Program-made: the position numbers and the translations under genes | Shown: positions 27,346 to 39,649 of the stretch, piece after piece | Position numbering within the stretch: the stretch's first letter is position 1 | How the letters are laid out: every line of letters starts with the position of its first letter | Notes under the pieces: generated by a model | What the model was told of the DNA's origin: nothing | Database searches by the model: none | Seen by the model: the letters and a program-made list of their open reading frames with translations, nothing else | Origin: the human T2T-CHM13v2.0 reference genome, Homo sapiens | Assembly: GCF_009914755.1 (NCBI RefSeq) | Contig: NC_060925.1 | DNA: 64,000 bases | Direction: 5' to 3' (one strand)

Positions 27346-27852
27346 GTGTCTCTGCAGCTGGCCTCCGGAGCCTTCCTGCTCAACGAAGCCTTCTGTGAGG
27401 CCACGCACATCCCCATGGAGAAGCTCAAGTGGACGTCCCCCTTCACCTGCCATCGAGTGTCCCTCACCACCCGCCCGTCTGAGTCCAAGACCCCGAGTCC
27501 CCAGCTGTGCACCAGCTCCCCGCCTAGGCACCCGTCCTGTGACAGCTTCTCCCTGGAGCCTCTGGCCAAGGGCAAGCTGGGCCTGGAGCCGAGGGCAGTG
27601 GTGGAGCACACTGGGAAGCTGTGGGCCACGGTGGTGGGGCTGGCATGGCTGGAGCACAGTTCGGCCTCCTACTTCACTGAGTGGGAGTTGGTGGCTGCCA
27701 AGGCCAACTCATGGCTGGAGCAGCAGGAAGTACCCGAGGGCCGCACGCAGGGCACACTCAAGGCCGCTGCCCGCCAGCTGTTTGTGCTTCTGCGGCACTG
27801 GGATGAGAATCTCGAGTTCAATATGCTCTGCTATAACCCGAATTATGTGTAG
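27346..27852 (+). CDS. VWA5B1: VWA5B1 last coding exon (VSLQLASGAF...NPNYV*)
   Basis: cacacag acceptor, 507-nt open frame to TAG at 27850-27852. Confidence 0.93.
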   Translation: MSLQLASGAFLLNEAFCEATHIPMEKLKWTSPFTCHRVSLTTRPSESKTPSPQLCTSSPPRHPSCDSFSLEPLAKGKLGLEPRAVVEHTGKLWATVVGLAWLEHSSASYFTEWELVAAKANSWLEQQEVPEGRTQGTLKAAARQLFVLLRHWDENLEFNMLCYNPNYV

Positions 27853-27964
27853 TTGAGTGACGGGGAGGCTGGGTGGAGGGAAGGGTGGGGAGGAGAGGGA
27901 TGGGCAGGGCCATGTCGGCCTGGTTTCGGGGAGCTTTTGGAGCTGTAACTAATATTTCAGTTAC

Positions 27965-28130
27965 TAGAAAGAGCCCTGGACTGGCAGCCAGGAGGCCTGA
28001 GTTCAATCCCAACTTTGCTACCATCCAGCCATGCAACTTTAGGCCAGTGCCTGCCCCCGTCTGGGCCTCAGTTTCCTCATCTATAAAATAAGAGGGCGAG
28101 ATGAAGGAGGTGGAGTGGATCTCAAATGGT
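27965..28130 (+). mobile_element. MIR within the VWA5B1 3' UTR
   Basis: ctgggcctcagtttcctcatctataaaat core. Confidence 0.8.
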
Positions 28131-28269
28131 TCAGTGGTTCCTTTCTGCCCATTCAGGCAGTCCCGGGCTGACTGCTGCTGGGGCTGGCGAGGGAAGATGC
28201 AGTGGAAGCCTGAGCCCTGTCTGGAGGTAGACCACGTGGGCACGGAGTGGACACAGCAATGCCCACTCA

Positions 28270-28275
28270 AATAAA
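28270..28275 (+). terminator. Proximal poly(A) signal AATAAA of VWA5B1
   Basis: First AATAAA seen downstream of the stop codon, ~420 nt after it; longer UTR isoforms are not excluded. Confidence 0.55.
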
Positions 28276-28375
28276 AGGGCAGATGAGAGAACCCAGTGAC
28301 CTCAAGTAACCAGGCCTACAGGCTTGCATAGGCACATAGAGACTAGCAAGTCTGGTGCCTGTAGGACAGGCTCTT

Positions 28376-28389
28376 GTCTCCATGGTAAC
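28376..28389. promoter_or_regulatory. RFX X-box GTCTCCATGGTAAC
   Basis: Matches GTYNCCATGGNAAC; CCAATTGG at 28423-28430. Confidence 0.5.
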
Positions 28390-31300
28390 AGCCAAGGACC
28401 CCCCCTAAATCCCACTTAAAAGCCAATTGGAGAAGCATCCTTCTCAACGCTTTACAAAAGAGTAGTTTGGGGGCCTTTTGTTTTGGCTAGGAAGCTTCCT
28501 TAATACATACTAGTATTGCCTTGCAGATCATTAGTGGCTCCCTCACTAAGAAGAGGTGGTGGCAGGACCAGGGGAGACACCTTGTGAGTTGACGTGTTAG
28601 ATTTAAGCAGCAGTCTGTGCAAAAATAGTCCTAAAAGAACAGACATGGTCACAGAAGTCAATGAAGACACCAGACAACACCTTACTTAATTTTCCCACTT
28701 TTAGGAATTGGGTAAAGCGAACTGCATCACTTGTACTGAGGCACGAGGGAGCCACCACCAAGTAGGTCGCACCATGGGATCAGGGGGTCCTCTGGAGCCA
28801 TGCCACGCTGTGGGAGAGAGGCTTGGCTGCAGTGCCTTTGGGGATGGCAGCTCTGGCCAGGGGAGGCCTGATTTGTTTGGTGAAATGAATGAATTGACAC
28901 TTCAGGCTGGATCCCCTAGGGGCTTCCTGCCCTCAAGCCCACTGTGTGATGCCTACATGGGGAATGGCGTGCTGTGGCCGCAGATACCCTAATGGCTGGC
29001 ATAGAGCTGCCCAGTCTCCTCTTCCCCACTGACTCCCCTGGAGGTGGGTCTAGACCTCACCAAGGAACCCCACCAGCTTGGGACTTCAGGCTGAATCTAT
29101 CCACCCTCGAAGCCCCCTCCTTCAAGGCCTTAATCTCTCCTCATCAAATTCCTGTCCCAACCTTGGAGTGAAGCTCCACAGACTTCCCTCGTGGGAAGGC
29201 CTTGGAAGCTTAGCTTATCAAACCAACTCGTGGGGTCCTGCGGGCTCTGGCGCAAGCCCCGGCCTCAGGAAGACTCGAGGGGTGTGCAGCCTCCAGCAGG
29301 GGCTGGAGTCAGGGAGGAGGCTCCAGCAGAACGCCCACTGGGCACAAGGGGAGAAAAAGCAGCCCCAACATGATATGGTGCCCTGCCCCCCACCCCCACC
29401 CCTCCATCTATGCCACAAGTCTCCCGCGAGGGATTCTCACAGCCCTTTTGAATACTTAAGATGAAATCCCATTGCTGCCTTGTGGACTGGCTCTGCTTCA
29501 GACTTACCCTCTGGGGAGGAACCCAGGCAGGCAGGCCTGGACACTGTGGCCATCACAACCCCAGGTGGGGCAGGATGCCAATCTGGGGTGTTGGCTCAAA
29601 GTCAGTGCCACCAAGGCGGGTAAGAGCTTTGGGTTGTCTTGCTCCAGGCTTCCAGGAGATGTGAGCGGAGCTTTGTCATCTCCCTGCACACTCCCCATCC
29701 CCTGCCAAAATCACTTCTTTAGCTATGCAGGCAGCAGCCTCAGCTTCAGGGTAAGGGTGGCCGGGGGTGGCATCTACTTCCTGGACCACAAGTAATGGAA
29801 AAAAAATGCCAGGTTTTGAGTCAGAACACCCAGACTCAGGTCTCAGCCTAGTACTAGTTTGGGCAAGTGGTTTCTCCTCCTAGGTGCCCTGGAGCTGGGG
29901 CTTTCTCCTGCTCTGACAGTCCCAGACTCTCTGCCTCTGAGATGTTTCCCTCTTCATGAACATGAATTTGCTTGAGTTCTCTGTGTGACCTTGAACAAGT
30001 GGCGTGTGTGTTCTGGGCCTCTTTCTTCCTCTACATAACCAGGCTGAACTGGGCTGTCCAGCACCTCCCTGCCCCACCAGATGAGTCTGATTCTGGGTCT
30101 CCAGGCCTCAGCCTGGACAATGGCCAGGGCTTGAGGTGAACCGGTCTCTGCCAGCATAGAACTAGTGCTACAAGATGCCTAGCAGGAGCAACCAAGAAAT
30201 CCAGCAAGGTGGTGGGCATGCCACCCACTTCTCTAGGAAAGTTCCTCAGACTGCTCCCGCACCGGCCACTGGAGCTCTGCAACATGTTTGAGGCCCAAGA
30301 AAACTGCTGATCTCTGCAACCCTGGCTCCCCTGCCCAGCCCCAAAGGTGCAGAAGAACAAATCTTCATTGGTTGCAAATAACCCAAGAGCTATGGGGGCA
30401 GGTCTGGACAAGAGACATTTTTAAAGAACTTCAGTGGTATTGAGATGACATGCAGCCTCAAAAACGTGCTACCGGGACTGCTAGGCAGAGGACCTAGGGG
30501 ACTCGCTTTAAGGAAAAGATAAGAACCTTTGGTAATTAGTACATACATTGAAGCTAACAGAGTTCTAAAGTTTCTCAAGCAGGGAACACATTGCCCCTGC
30601 AATCTCATTTACTTTGGGTTAATCTGGTTTAACTTGCTAAACCAGCCCTTGCTTTCTAGGTCATACAAAGGAATATTTATGCCCTGCACTGTCTGAAGAA
30701 AGGGCTAATGCCACCGTAAGACAAAGCCCAGCCTCCAAGCTGCCTTCAGTGGGAAAAACACTGAGCTGAGAGTTGAGGAACCCAAGCATGGGTCCCAACT
30801 CCACCACTAGTGTGCTGTGTGACTTCTGGCAAATTACTTGCTTTCTCTGAACCCCTGTTTCATCTTTTGTGGAATGACGGGGGTTCACAAGATCAGCATT
30901 TCCAACCCTGTTCCTCACTTAGATGAGACGTGAATAAGCAACCTATGAGAAACTGTGCTATGGGCAAAGATGTTGAGGAAGCAGTAGAAAGACAAACTTC
31001 TTTAGATTAGGACAACCTGACCCGTTAATATGTTACTGTGCGTTGTCAGGCTCCGAGCAGGTGACCCAGCAGCAGCTCTTCTCTGGTTACTAGGTCGCAA
31101 AATGCTGGTCTAGATCTCTCTTAGGGCTCCTGCGGCACTGGCGTTCAGAAAGCCTTTACTGGGTGCCTACTGTATGCCAGGCATGGCATACTGGGGTACC
31201 ACAGTGAACATACGAGGTGCTGTCCCTGTCCTTTTTGGAGCTTGGCAAGGAGCATTTGAAGAGTCTCTGTTTCATGAATCATTTTCCCACTCCTTGGTTC

Positions 31301-33218
31301 TCTAGGTGGGTTTGTCTTCACTGGCCCTAGAATGGTCCTGCCATCTGTGGGTGTGGCCTCGTATTAGCACTACCTAGGTACCCTTTGCGCTAACGGCCAG
31401 CCCCCTGAGCTTTCAGGCTCTCATTTATGGTATGGGTACAGATGACCACAATAGCTCATGGTATTGCACAGCCAGAGGGGAGTTGGTGCTGGGGGCCTCC
31501 TTGTCCAGGTGGAGCAGGAATGTCCCTGCAACAGAGTGCCCCGAGGGCCCAACCTCCCACCACACGCAGATGCAGAACCCTGTCTCAGGCCCCTCAGCTC
31601 GAGACCAACTCCAGATGCCAGGATAACTGGGCCCCATCCTTTGGCAGACTTACACTGGACTTGTCCATAAGCGGCCTCGGTTTCCAGCCGGCACCCATGT
31701 TTCCCCAGCCAGTCCCTTCTCTGCGGGCAAAATGAATGGCATCCCCTAGCCTTCACTGACCTGAGCTGCCACTCACTGCCACTTGCTGTGGCTGATGAAT
31801 AGACTAGCTGCTTCCAAGACTCGATTCTGGTGGGCTTTCACCTGCTCTTCAGAGACATGAAAAGCAAGGGTTCCTCCTTCTCCCTTCCAGCTGGTTCACC
31901 AGGAACAGCTGTCAAAAAAGGTTTCTGGAAGTTTCCTCTAGATCCTGACTTGCCCTCTGTTAATCCCTACCCTTATTTGAGGGCCATGCTACTGTTCCCC
32001 TTCTCTCTTCCTTGGCAGGGACTCCCCATGAGAGGGAAGGAGGAAAGGGGGTCTCCCCTATCTGTGTACAGTCTGCCCCCCCACCCTGCAATTGCCTGCC
32101 CCATTGACCTGCCTGGCTGGATCCTGTGTGACACCCCAGCACCTATCATTCAGGGGTCCAAATGCCCAAATGCACATCTCTCTATGTGCCCATTATAACA
32201 TCTCTAAGTGGTCTCTAGAATCAAATGCACTCCATACTTTTAGTGCCCTGGGAAAGGAGAGGGAAGGGTACTGCCGCCCCATGAATGGGGCATGTGCTCA
32301 TTGCCTTGGCATCTGGAAGATTTTGTTCTTACCAATCTAGCAGAGACTAGAGAAGTCAACAGAAAAAAGATGGACACATTCTTCAGCTGTAACATAGCAT
32401 GCTCTGCAAAGCCAGTGTAAAAATAACCAGGGCAGGGGTGTGTGTGGCATTTTGCAGCTGGGTAATCTGATCCGCAGAGATCTGTCCAAGGTCAGGGGCT
32501 TGGCAGCAGCTCCTGGCCACGCCTACAGCTCCCAACCGTGGACCTCTCTGCCCTGTGTGTCCAGCCCTGCTCCCAGCCCGTTGACTTTAGCCTCTCAACA
32601 GCACTGCCTCCCCGGGTTACCCGATGAGGTGGGATTTTTCTCCTGTTCATGCTGCAAATCTCCTTGGCTCAGGGCCAGCCGTTTTGAGCTTACAGCCACG
32701 TCCCAACGCAATGCGCCTCATCTCAATGCCGCTGACTGTGGTGACACATGTGGTATAGTTTCACTATCTGCCCAGGTGGCTTTGGCTCAAGTGGCATGGC
32801 TGGTGCTTGTCCCCATCAGAGCCTCAAGTGCCTATGGCATGCTACCCGTGCCCTTGCCTGCTCATCTGTAATGTCCCCATAGTGCCTATGACACTTTCTT
32901 CTTCTTGGGATATGCATCACCTGCTTGCCTGGTAGCCAATTACATAGATGTCATGGAAGCCCTGGATGTCAGCCGTCTAATGTCCACTAATACTCAGCAA
33001 ATCCTACCATGGGGCTGTGTGTGTGTCTGTTCTCAAAGAAATGGCTTCTTTGTACATGGTGGCTACCATTATCTAGGCTTTGAGCTGATAAAAATTGTTG
33101 AACCTGATCATATGACAAAGTTATACTTGTGTCTGATCTTTTATTCTCAAAGCCAAGGATACCTGGCTTTCAGACTAGCAGTTCGGCGATCTGTTTGCCT
33201 CACTTCATGTGTCACATC

Positions 33219-33767
33219 TGTCTTCGTTCGGGTTCCCCATAAGGTGACTAATTGTCGTGGTGTGCCGGGGACTGAGGAAGGTTACCAGGATGTGAGACTT
33301 TCAGTTTTAAAACTGGCACAGTTCCAGTCAACCTGGAACAAGTTGGTCACAGCAGTTCCTTCAAAAGCAAAGCCTCAGACAAGGATTCAGTGCAAATAGT
33401 TTATTTGGGTGATTCCAGAAAATACCCTTAAGGAAATGTGGAAGTGAAATAGGAACGCAAAGAACACCAGTAAAGGGAAGGTTACCAAGGAGATTACTGC
33501 TACAGGTGTGGACCCTCGCCCCACTGGTAACTCTGGGAGTCAGAGTAGATGCACACCCCAAAGCTCACAGTGAAGGAACGGGGTGCGTGTACACCAGCTC
33601 CACTCAGCCCTTGGGGAAGGCCACTCTGGAGGATTCATTCCTTGGTGCTTCTGGTCTAGCACAGGTGCACCAGCTGAGCAGGCTCCTGCAGCCCGCGAGA
33701 AAGCTGCCAGGCAAAGAAAGGTAGGCACTCGTGCTAATAAAAGGAGAACATGATGCAGTGTCTACCA
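33219..33767 (-). mobile_element. ERVL-type solo LTR (subfamily uncertain) interrupted by MER81
   Basis: tgtctt...ggttccc [insert] ...gacaaggattcagtgcaaatagtttatttggg... Confidence 0.55.
33240..33354. mobile_element. MER81 (hAT-Blackjack MITE)
   Basis: TIRs taaggtgacta / ttggtcacagca, 115 bp, gggactgagg...actttcagt core. Confidence 0.75.
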
Positions 33768-34681
33768 TGCGTTTCCTTCAACCCTGGCACCTCCCCTGCA
33801 CAAATGATTGAGACATGCGTACAGTATCTTTGCAGATTTTAAAGTTCCAGATATGCTATCTACTATTCCAAGACCTCTGTAATAATAAATGACCAGGATG
33901 TATCATTATTGAATAGAGAAAGCCTAAATTACAAAGGGTAACCCATATTTTTTTTAGTACATTTGGTTTGAAATTAGCAAGATGAACCATGAAACTGATT
34001 TTTTTGGCTTTTTTAAAAAGAAAGAGATGCAGGTGCTGGCAGATGGGAGTCAGGCCCAAGTGCACTGACCTGAAACACGCCAAGGGGCTGCAGCAAGGCA
34101 CTGACGGCACCTGCAGCAGTGTCTCTCCTGAGCTGCTTGCCACATTTCAGATTTCTCCCGGAGGCAATTCGTGATCACAAAATATATTTATTTGAAAATC
34201 ATTACCAGCCACCATCTTGTCTTGGAACCCACACAGACTGACCCCAAAATCAAACATAAGGCTCATTTAGAAATCCTTCAGCAACTTGCCTTGTTTCCTC
34301 AAAATCAATCATCCCTTTTCAGATTTGAGGGAGGACAATGGACTATAATAGGAATTCCCAATAAGCCAGAAACATTGCAGCGATGTGCTAAGGGCTCCTA
34401 ATGGGAAAAATTGGAGGAGCCCCCAGGCTGAAGCTGACATGGTAAACAGAAACCCTGTTCACATGCATGGCCCTCCTAGGTGATGTTCAGCTGGATAATG
34501 GACTGTCACTGTGATAGACAAGCCCTCTCCCTGGCCCTCACCATGGCTCTAGGCTGCTGGGGGGACCTGACGTCCCCTTTGTAGTACCTCACTGACTTCT
34601 ATGAGCCTGGCACTGCCTCTCCCTTTGTAAGACACGTGCTTCTTTGTTCTTTTCCTCCACTGTGCATCCTGTAAAGGCCAG

Positions 34682-34684
<3 letters not shown>

Positions 34685-34722
<38 letters not shown>

Positions 34723-34733
34723 TGTGTGTGTGT
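34685..34733. repeat. (TG)n microsatellite
   Basis: (TG)18 TC (TG)5. Confidence 0.95.
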
Positions 34734-35545
34734 CCTGCTGGGATGGCAATTAGGATGTCCTAGTCCCTCACGGGTGAAGAACACATTGAGGAAAGCAGGT
34801 TCTCGGGGCTCCTGGGTTAAAGAACTCTGTAGGAGACGAAGTCAGCCCGACAGTTCAGGATTCTGGGTCTCCTGGGTCCTCCGTCCCACAGTACCCCACT
34901 CCCTCCAAGGCACTGCTTGCCCCCCGCCCCGGGAAACCTGAGCTCCGCTGGGCTCAATTAATCCGTATCCTGGTCTGAAACGGAGAGAAAATGCCAAGTC
35001 GAGTCCAGCCTAGCTCTGCCAAGCTCTGTTGTTCTGCCATCAAGCAGCAGTTGCCCTCATTTCCATCTGAGCATCACCTAGAATCTCCCAATTATGAATT
35101 CATCCTAGAAGCATCCAGACCACCCACGCACCAAGTCCAGCAACCCCAGATCCAGGGCCTGGGAGAAGGAAGGCGGCACACGTCACGTCCTCTATGATAA
35201 GTGAGACAAGGGTAGTCTGGGAAGGCATCTGCTGGGAGGGGTTCCTCTCCTAGCCTGGGGGAAGGAGGGGCCCTGGATACCCAGGATGGTGGCCATGCCA
35301 AGTTCCTGAGCCCTCAGTAAGATCTCGGGGAAAGTTGTTTAAAACGGCTTCCTCAGCCATCCCGAACTGAACTAACCACCCCCTACGCTACTCCCAAGCT
35401 CCAAGATCCTCCAGGTTGCACATATGGGTCCTCTCGGGTGCTGACCCAGGCTCCATCTACCCTTCATTCCTGGCTTCAGAATCTGGGGTTTCCCATGGGT
35501 AGGAAACCAGGGATCCTTTGCAGGAATTGCCTTCGCCCTCCAAGC

Positions 35546-35579
35546 CTGCTGTTCTGATACCGTTCAGCAGAGGGCGCTG
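35546..35579 (+). promoter_or_regulatory. Candidate CTCF site (core plus upstream motif)
   Basis: CTGCTGTTCT-N5-CGTTCAGCAGAGGGCGCTG. Confidence 0.6.
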
Positions 35580-36563
35580 TGGGCGTGCACTGCCTTCCAG
35601 GCCCGGACCAGCTCCTGCCAAAGGCATCTGTGGAAAGAGGAGTGGCAGGGATGAAGGGAGGCTTCAGAAGCTATTCCTGTCCCCTGTCAACAGTCTTTCT
35701 TCTCTGCTAAAAATGTGACACTAGCTCACCTGGGGCTGGAAAGGAGAAGGTGACCTCTTGGTCCTTCCCTGCTTGGCCCACTCCTCCTCCTCCAAACTCC
35801 ATGGGAAGCCACTCTCAGGAACACTTCCCAGAGCTTCTCTCAGCAGCAGCCTCACAGGGGACACTCTTATTACACGTATGTGTGTCCTGTCTCCCCCATC
35901 GGATTGGGAGCTCCAATCATGCTTGGAAGTCTCCTCCAGGGCAGGATGCTGTTAGGTGAAAGGCACTTAGAAGAGACCTCCTGACAAAGCAACACAGGGT
36001 AGAGACCAGATTCTCAGGATTCCCCAGACAAGCCATTCAAGTCCTTGCATGTTCACTCTGCCTATGAGGGACATTTCCCAGGGACACACTCCACTCCTGT
36101 CATCCTTCAAAGTTCAATGCAGAGCTCATCTCCTCCAGGAAGTCTTCCCTGACTGGCACCCCCAAGGCAGACTGGACCTCTCCAACCTCTGCTCCCACAA
36201 CCCTTTGTGCGTACTCTAGGTAATGCCTGCTACGAGCACTTCTCAATGACATTTCAGGGCTGTGTGGCCATGTGTCTCTCCCATCAAACTATGAGCAACT
36301 TGAGAGAAGAGACCTGGCCTCAGTCATCTCTAGGCCCTCTGCAAGGTCTGGAACATCCTAGCTGCTCAGTAAATGTATGCTCAAGTGCAAGGTTAAAGTC
36401 TGACCCAATCATTCCATCTTTAGTGAAAATCATCAAAAGTTACAATTAGAGAGTCTTAAATGTCAGACAGGAGTCCGAGGTCTTTCCATTGATTCATCTC
36501 ATTTGCTCCTCACAACTCTACAGATTACCATGTTGGTGTTATGAATTAAGGACACTGAAGTTC

Positions 36564-36707
36564 AGATTTATTAATTAATTTTATTTTTAATTAGATAAAT
36601 AAAATTACCTATAATTTTATTTAATATAATAAATAAAAATAAAATAAAATAAATAAAAAATAAAATAAAATAATAAAAATAATAAAAATAGATTTTATTA
36701 TTAATTT
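36564..36707. repeat. AT-rich low-complexity insertion inside a minus-strand MIR
   Basis: Nearly pure A/T stretch splitting gacactgaagttcaga | acccaaggtcacccagctag. Confidence 0.75.
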
Positions 36708-37420
36708 ACCCAAGGTCACCCAGCTAGAAACCAGTGGGGCAGGATTCAAACCCAGGTCTGCCCCACTCTGCAGTCAAGTCCCTTAAAGGCATTTATGCGT
36801 TCATTCATTCATTCCATCTGTGAATTCACTACACAGCTACTGAGTGCCAGGTGCTACCAGGCTAGGCTAACACAGCCAAGTAGGGGGAAGACGGGAGAAT
36901 TTGTTACTGAGCTGTTCATTTTCTCCCAAGTTAATGGAAGAACTGCTCTTCCCTGCTCAACTGCTGGGACTGCAAGTTCCCTCTCCTCTCTCTCCTCTTG
37001 CTCGCCAAGTCTCTCTCGCCACACCATCTCCAGAAGGCAAATGAAGCCCAGCTCTTCCTGTCCCTCCCCAAGGAGGCAGCTGGGAACCAGGAGGCTCAAG
37101 ACACAGAAGGAAAATCAATGACACATCTTCCTGCCTTTCCCCAGCTCATCACACACTGCTCATTGGGCCAGCAGGAAAAGCAGCAGACGGGCTCCGGCTT
37201 GGGGGACCCAGGTTCCAGCTGCTCCTACTGTGAGCAGTCCCAAGATGTCAGACCTGGAAAGGGTGCTTAGAAACCTCCAAACACTCACCCCCACCCCCAT
37301 TTTATGGATGGAGATACTGAGGCCCTGGGAGGGATAGGCCCTGGGCCAGAATCACTCAGGTCCCGAAACACCTGCCTTCACTGGGCCTGAAACTCTCACA
37401 TTAGAGCTACTCTAGGGTAA

Positions 37421-38141
<721 letters not shown>

Positions 38142-39649
38142 GGTAACGTATTCATAAGAGCCACCGTGAAAACGTATGTGTTACACGTAGAGGTGAGGGC
38201 TAGAGATAAGTGACGGCAGAGGGGCCATGCACATAACCTAGATACTTAGGATGGTGGAGATGGGGCCCTAGAGCAGCAGGGAACCCTAGATGGAAGGGTA
38301 GCAAGATCCGGAAACGGGCTGGAAGAACAGGTGGGGCCCAAAGAAGACAAATCCTGCTGCTCTCCCCAGTTGGTAGTAAAACCCAGATCCCTGGATGCTG
38401 CAATAAGATGGGGGGAGGGGCTGTCCACAGCTCCTAATAATCATTCAGCAAAGGCACAGCTCACTACAGGTGCACAGACTATGTGCCCCTAGGCAAGTGC
38501 CTTCACCTCTCTGGGCCTCAGTTTCCCTGTCTGTTAAAAGAGGGAGGTGAACTGGATAACTCCTAAGGTTCCCTCCATCTCTGAGGCTGTACATTAAATA
38601 TCTTGCTTCCAGACCTGAGAGCATTCAAGGATGACAGGGTGAAGGAGACTGCCTCCATCCCGCCCTTGCTTGCTGTGAGGTTGTGTCTGCTTTCCTGGAG
38701 GCACGGACTCTTCTTCAGGCCAAAAAGCCCAGCTTTCAGGTGGCACAGTCCAGCATGGGTGCACCTGGTCCAGGGATGGAGAAACGGGCTCAAGGAACCC
38801 AAACAGCCACCTTGAGCCTCCAGTAACCACCAACCAGGCAGAACACCCGGATTCAGTGTCAGAAGGCCCCACAGCCACCAGGACAACATCCCTCCAGGCT
38901 TAGGGACAGGAAGAAATTACAACCACCATCAATCAGAGGTTTGGCCTCGGGTAGCGAAACATGCATGAGCTTCTGGGCTGACCTCCCTGGCCAGCCATCA
39001 TCTGCCTCTCACTAGCTGGGCAAGTGACTTTACCTCTCAGTGCCTTCGTTTGCCCATCCGGAAAATCCCCATACTACCTCACTTACGTTCACACAAAGAA
39101 ATGTGCTTGGCCCAGTGTGGCTCAGCAGAGGGTCCCAGGAGGTCCCTGCACAGCTGGCTTTGAATCCGACTTTATTGTGTGGGATGGGAGGGGCAGGGCA
39201 CAGTTCCCTGGATTTTATTAAGCTGTGATTCCCAGCCCAGAGAACTTTCAGGATGACACCAGCAAGGCCTAGGAGTTGGCAGACAGTACCCACAGTACCA
39301 GTAATAAAATTAAACGAATCAGTGTTCTCAAGTTAGCCGCTCTCCTAATCACAACGGCTGCCTAGAGTGGGGCAGTGCTAATGCATGGGGCATGGGTGGT
39401 CCCGGCAACAGGGGTGAGGGGTGAGGGCCTCCACCAGGCAGGAGGCAGAAGCCAGCGTGGCAGGATCCCGCTCCCTTCTGGGTCTTTCCAGCCTACAGCT
39501 GGCTTCTGGCTTTGCTGGGCTATATTTTATGTCCCTCTTCATCTGCTTCTCTGTCCCAATAGGTCGCCCACCCCTGGCTTTGTCCCATCTCTCCACGCTC
39601 CTCCAGGGTCTCTCAGTCTGTTTTCCCCCTCCCCTCACCCCTCCTTCCT

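Noticed and set aside
31088-31100. GTTACTAGGTCGC as a fifth X-box
   Set aside because: Second half-site too degenerate to count
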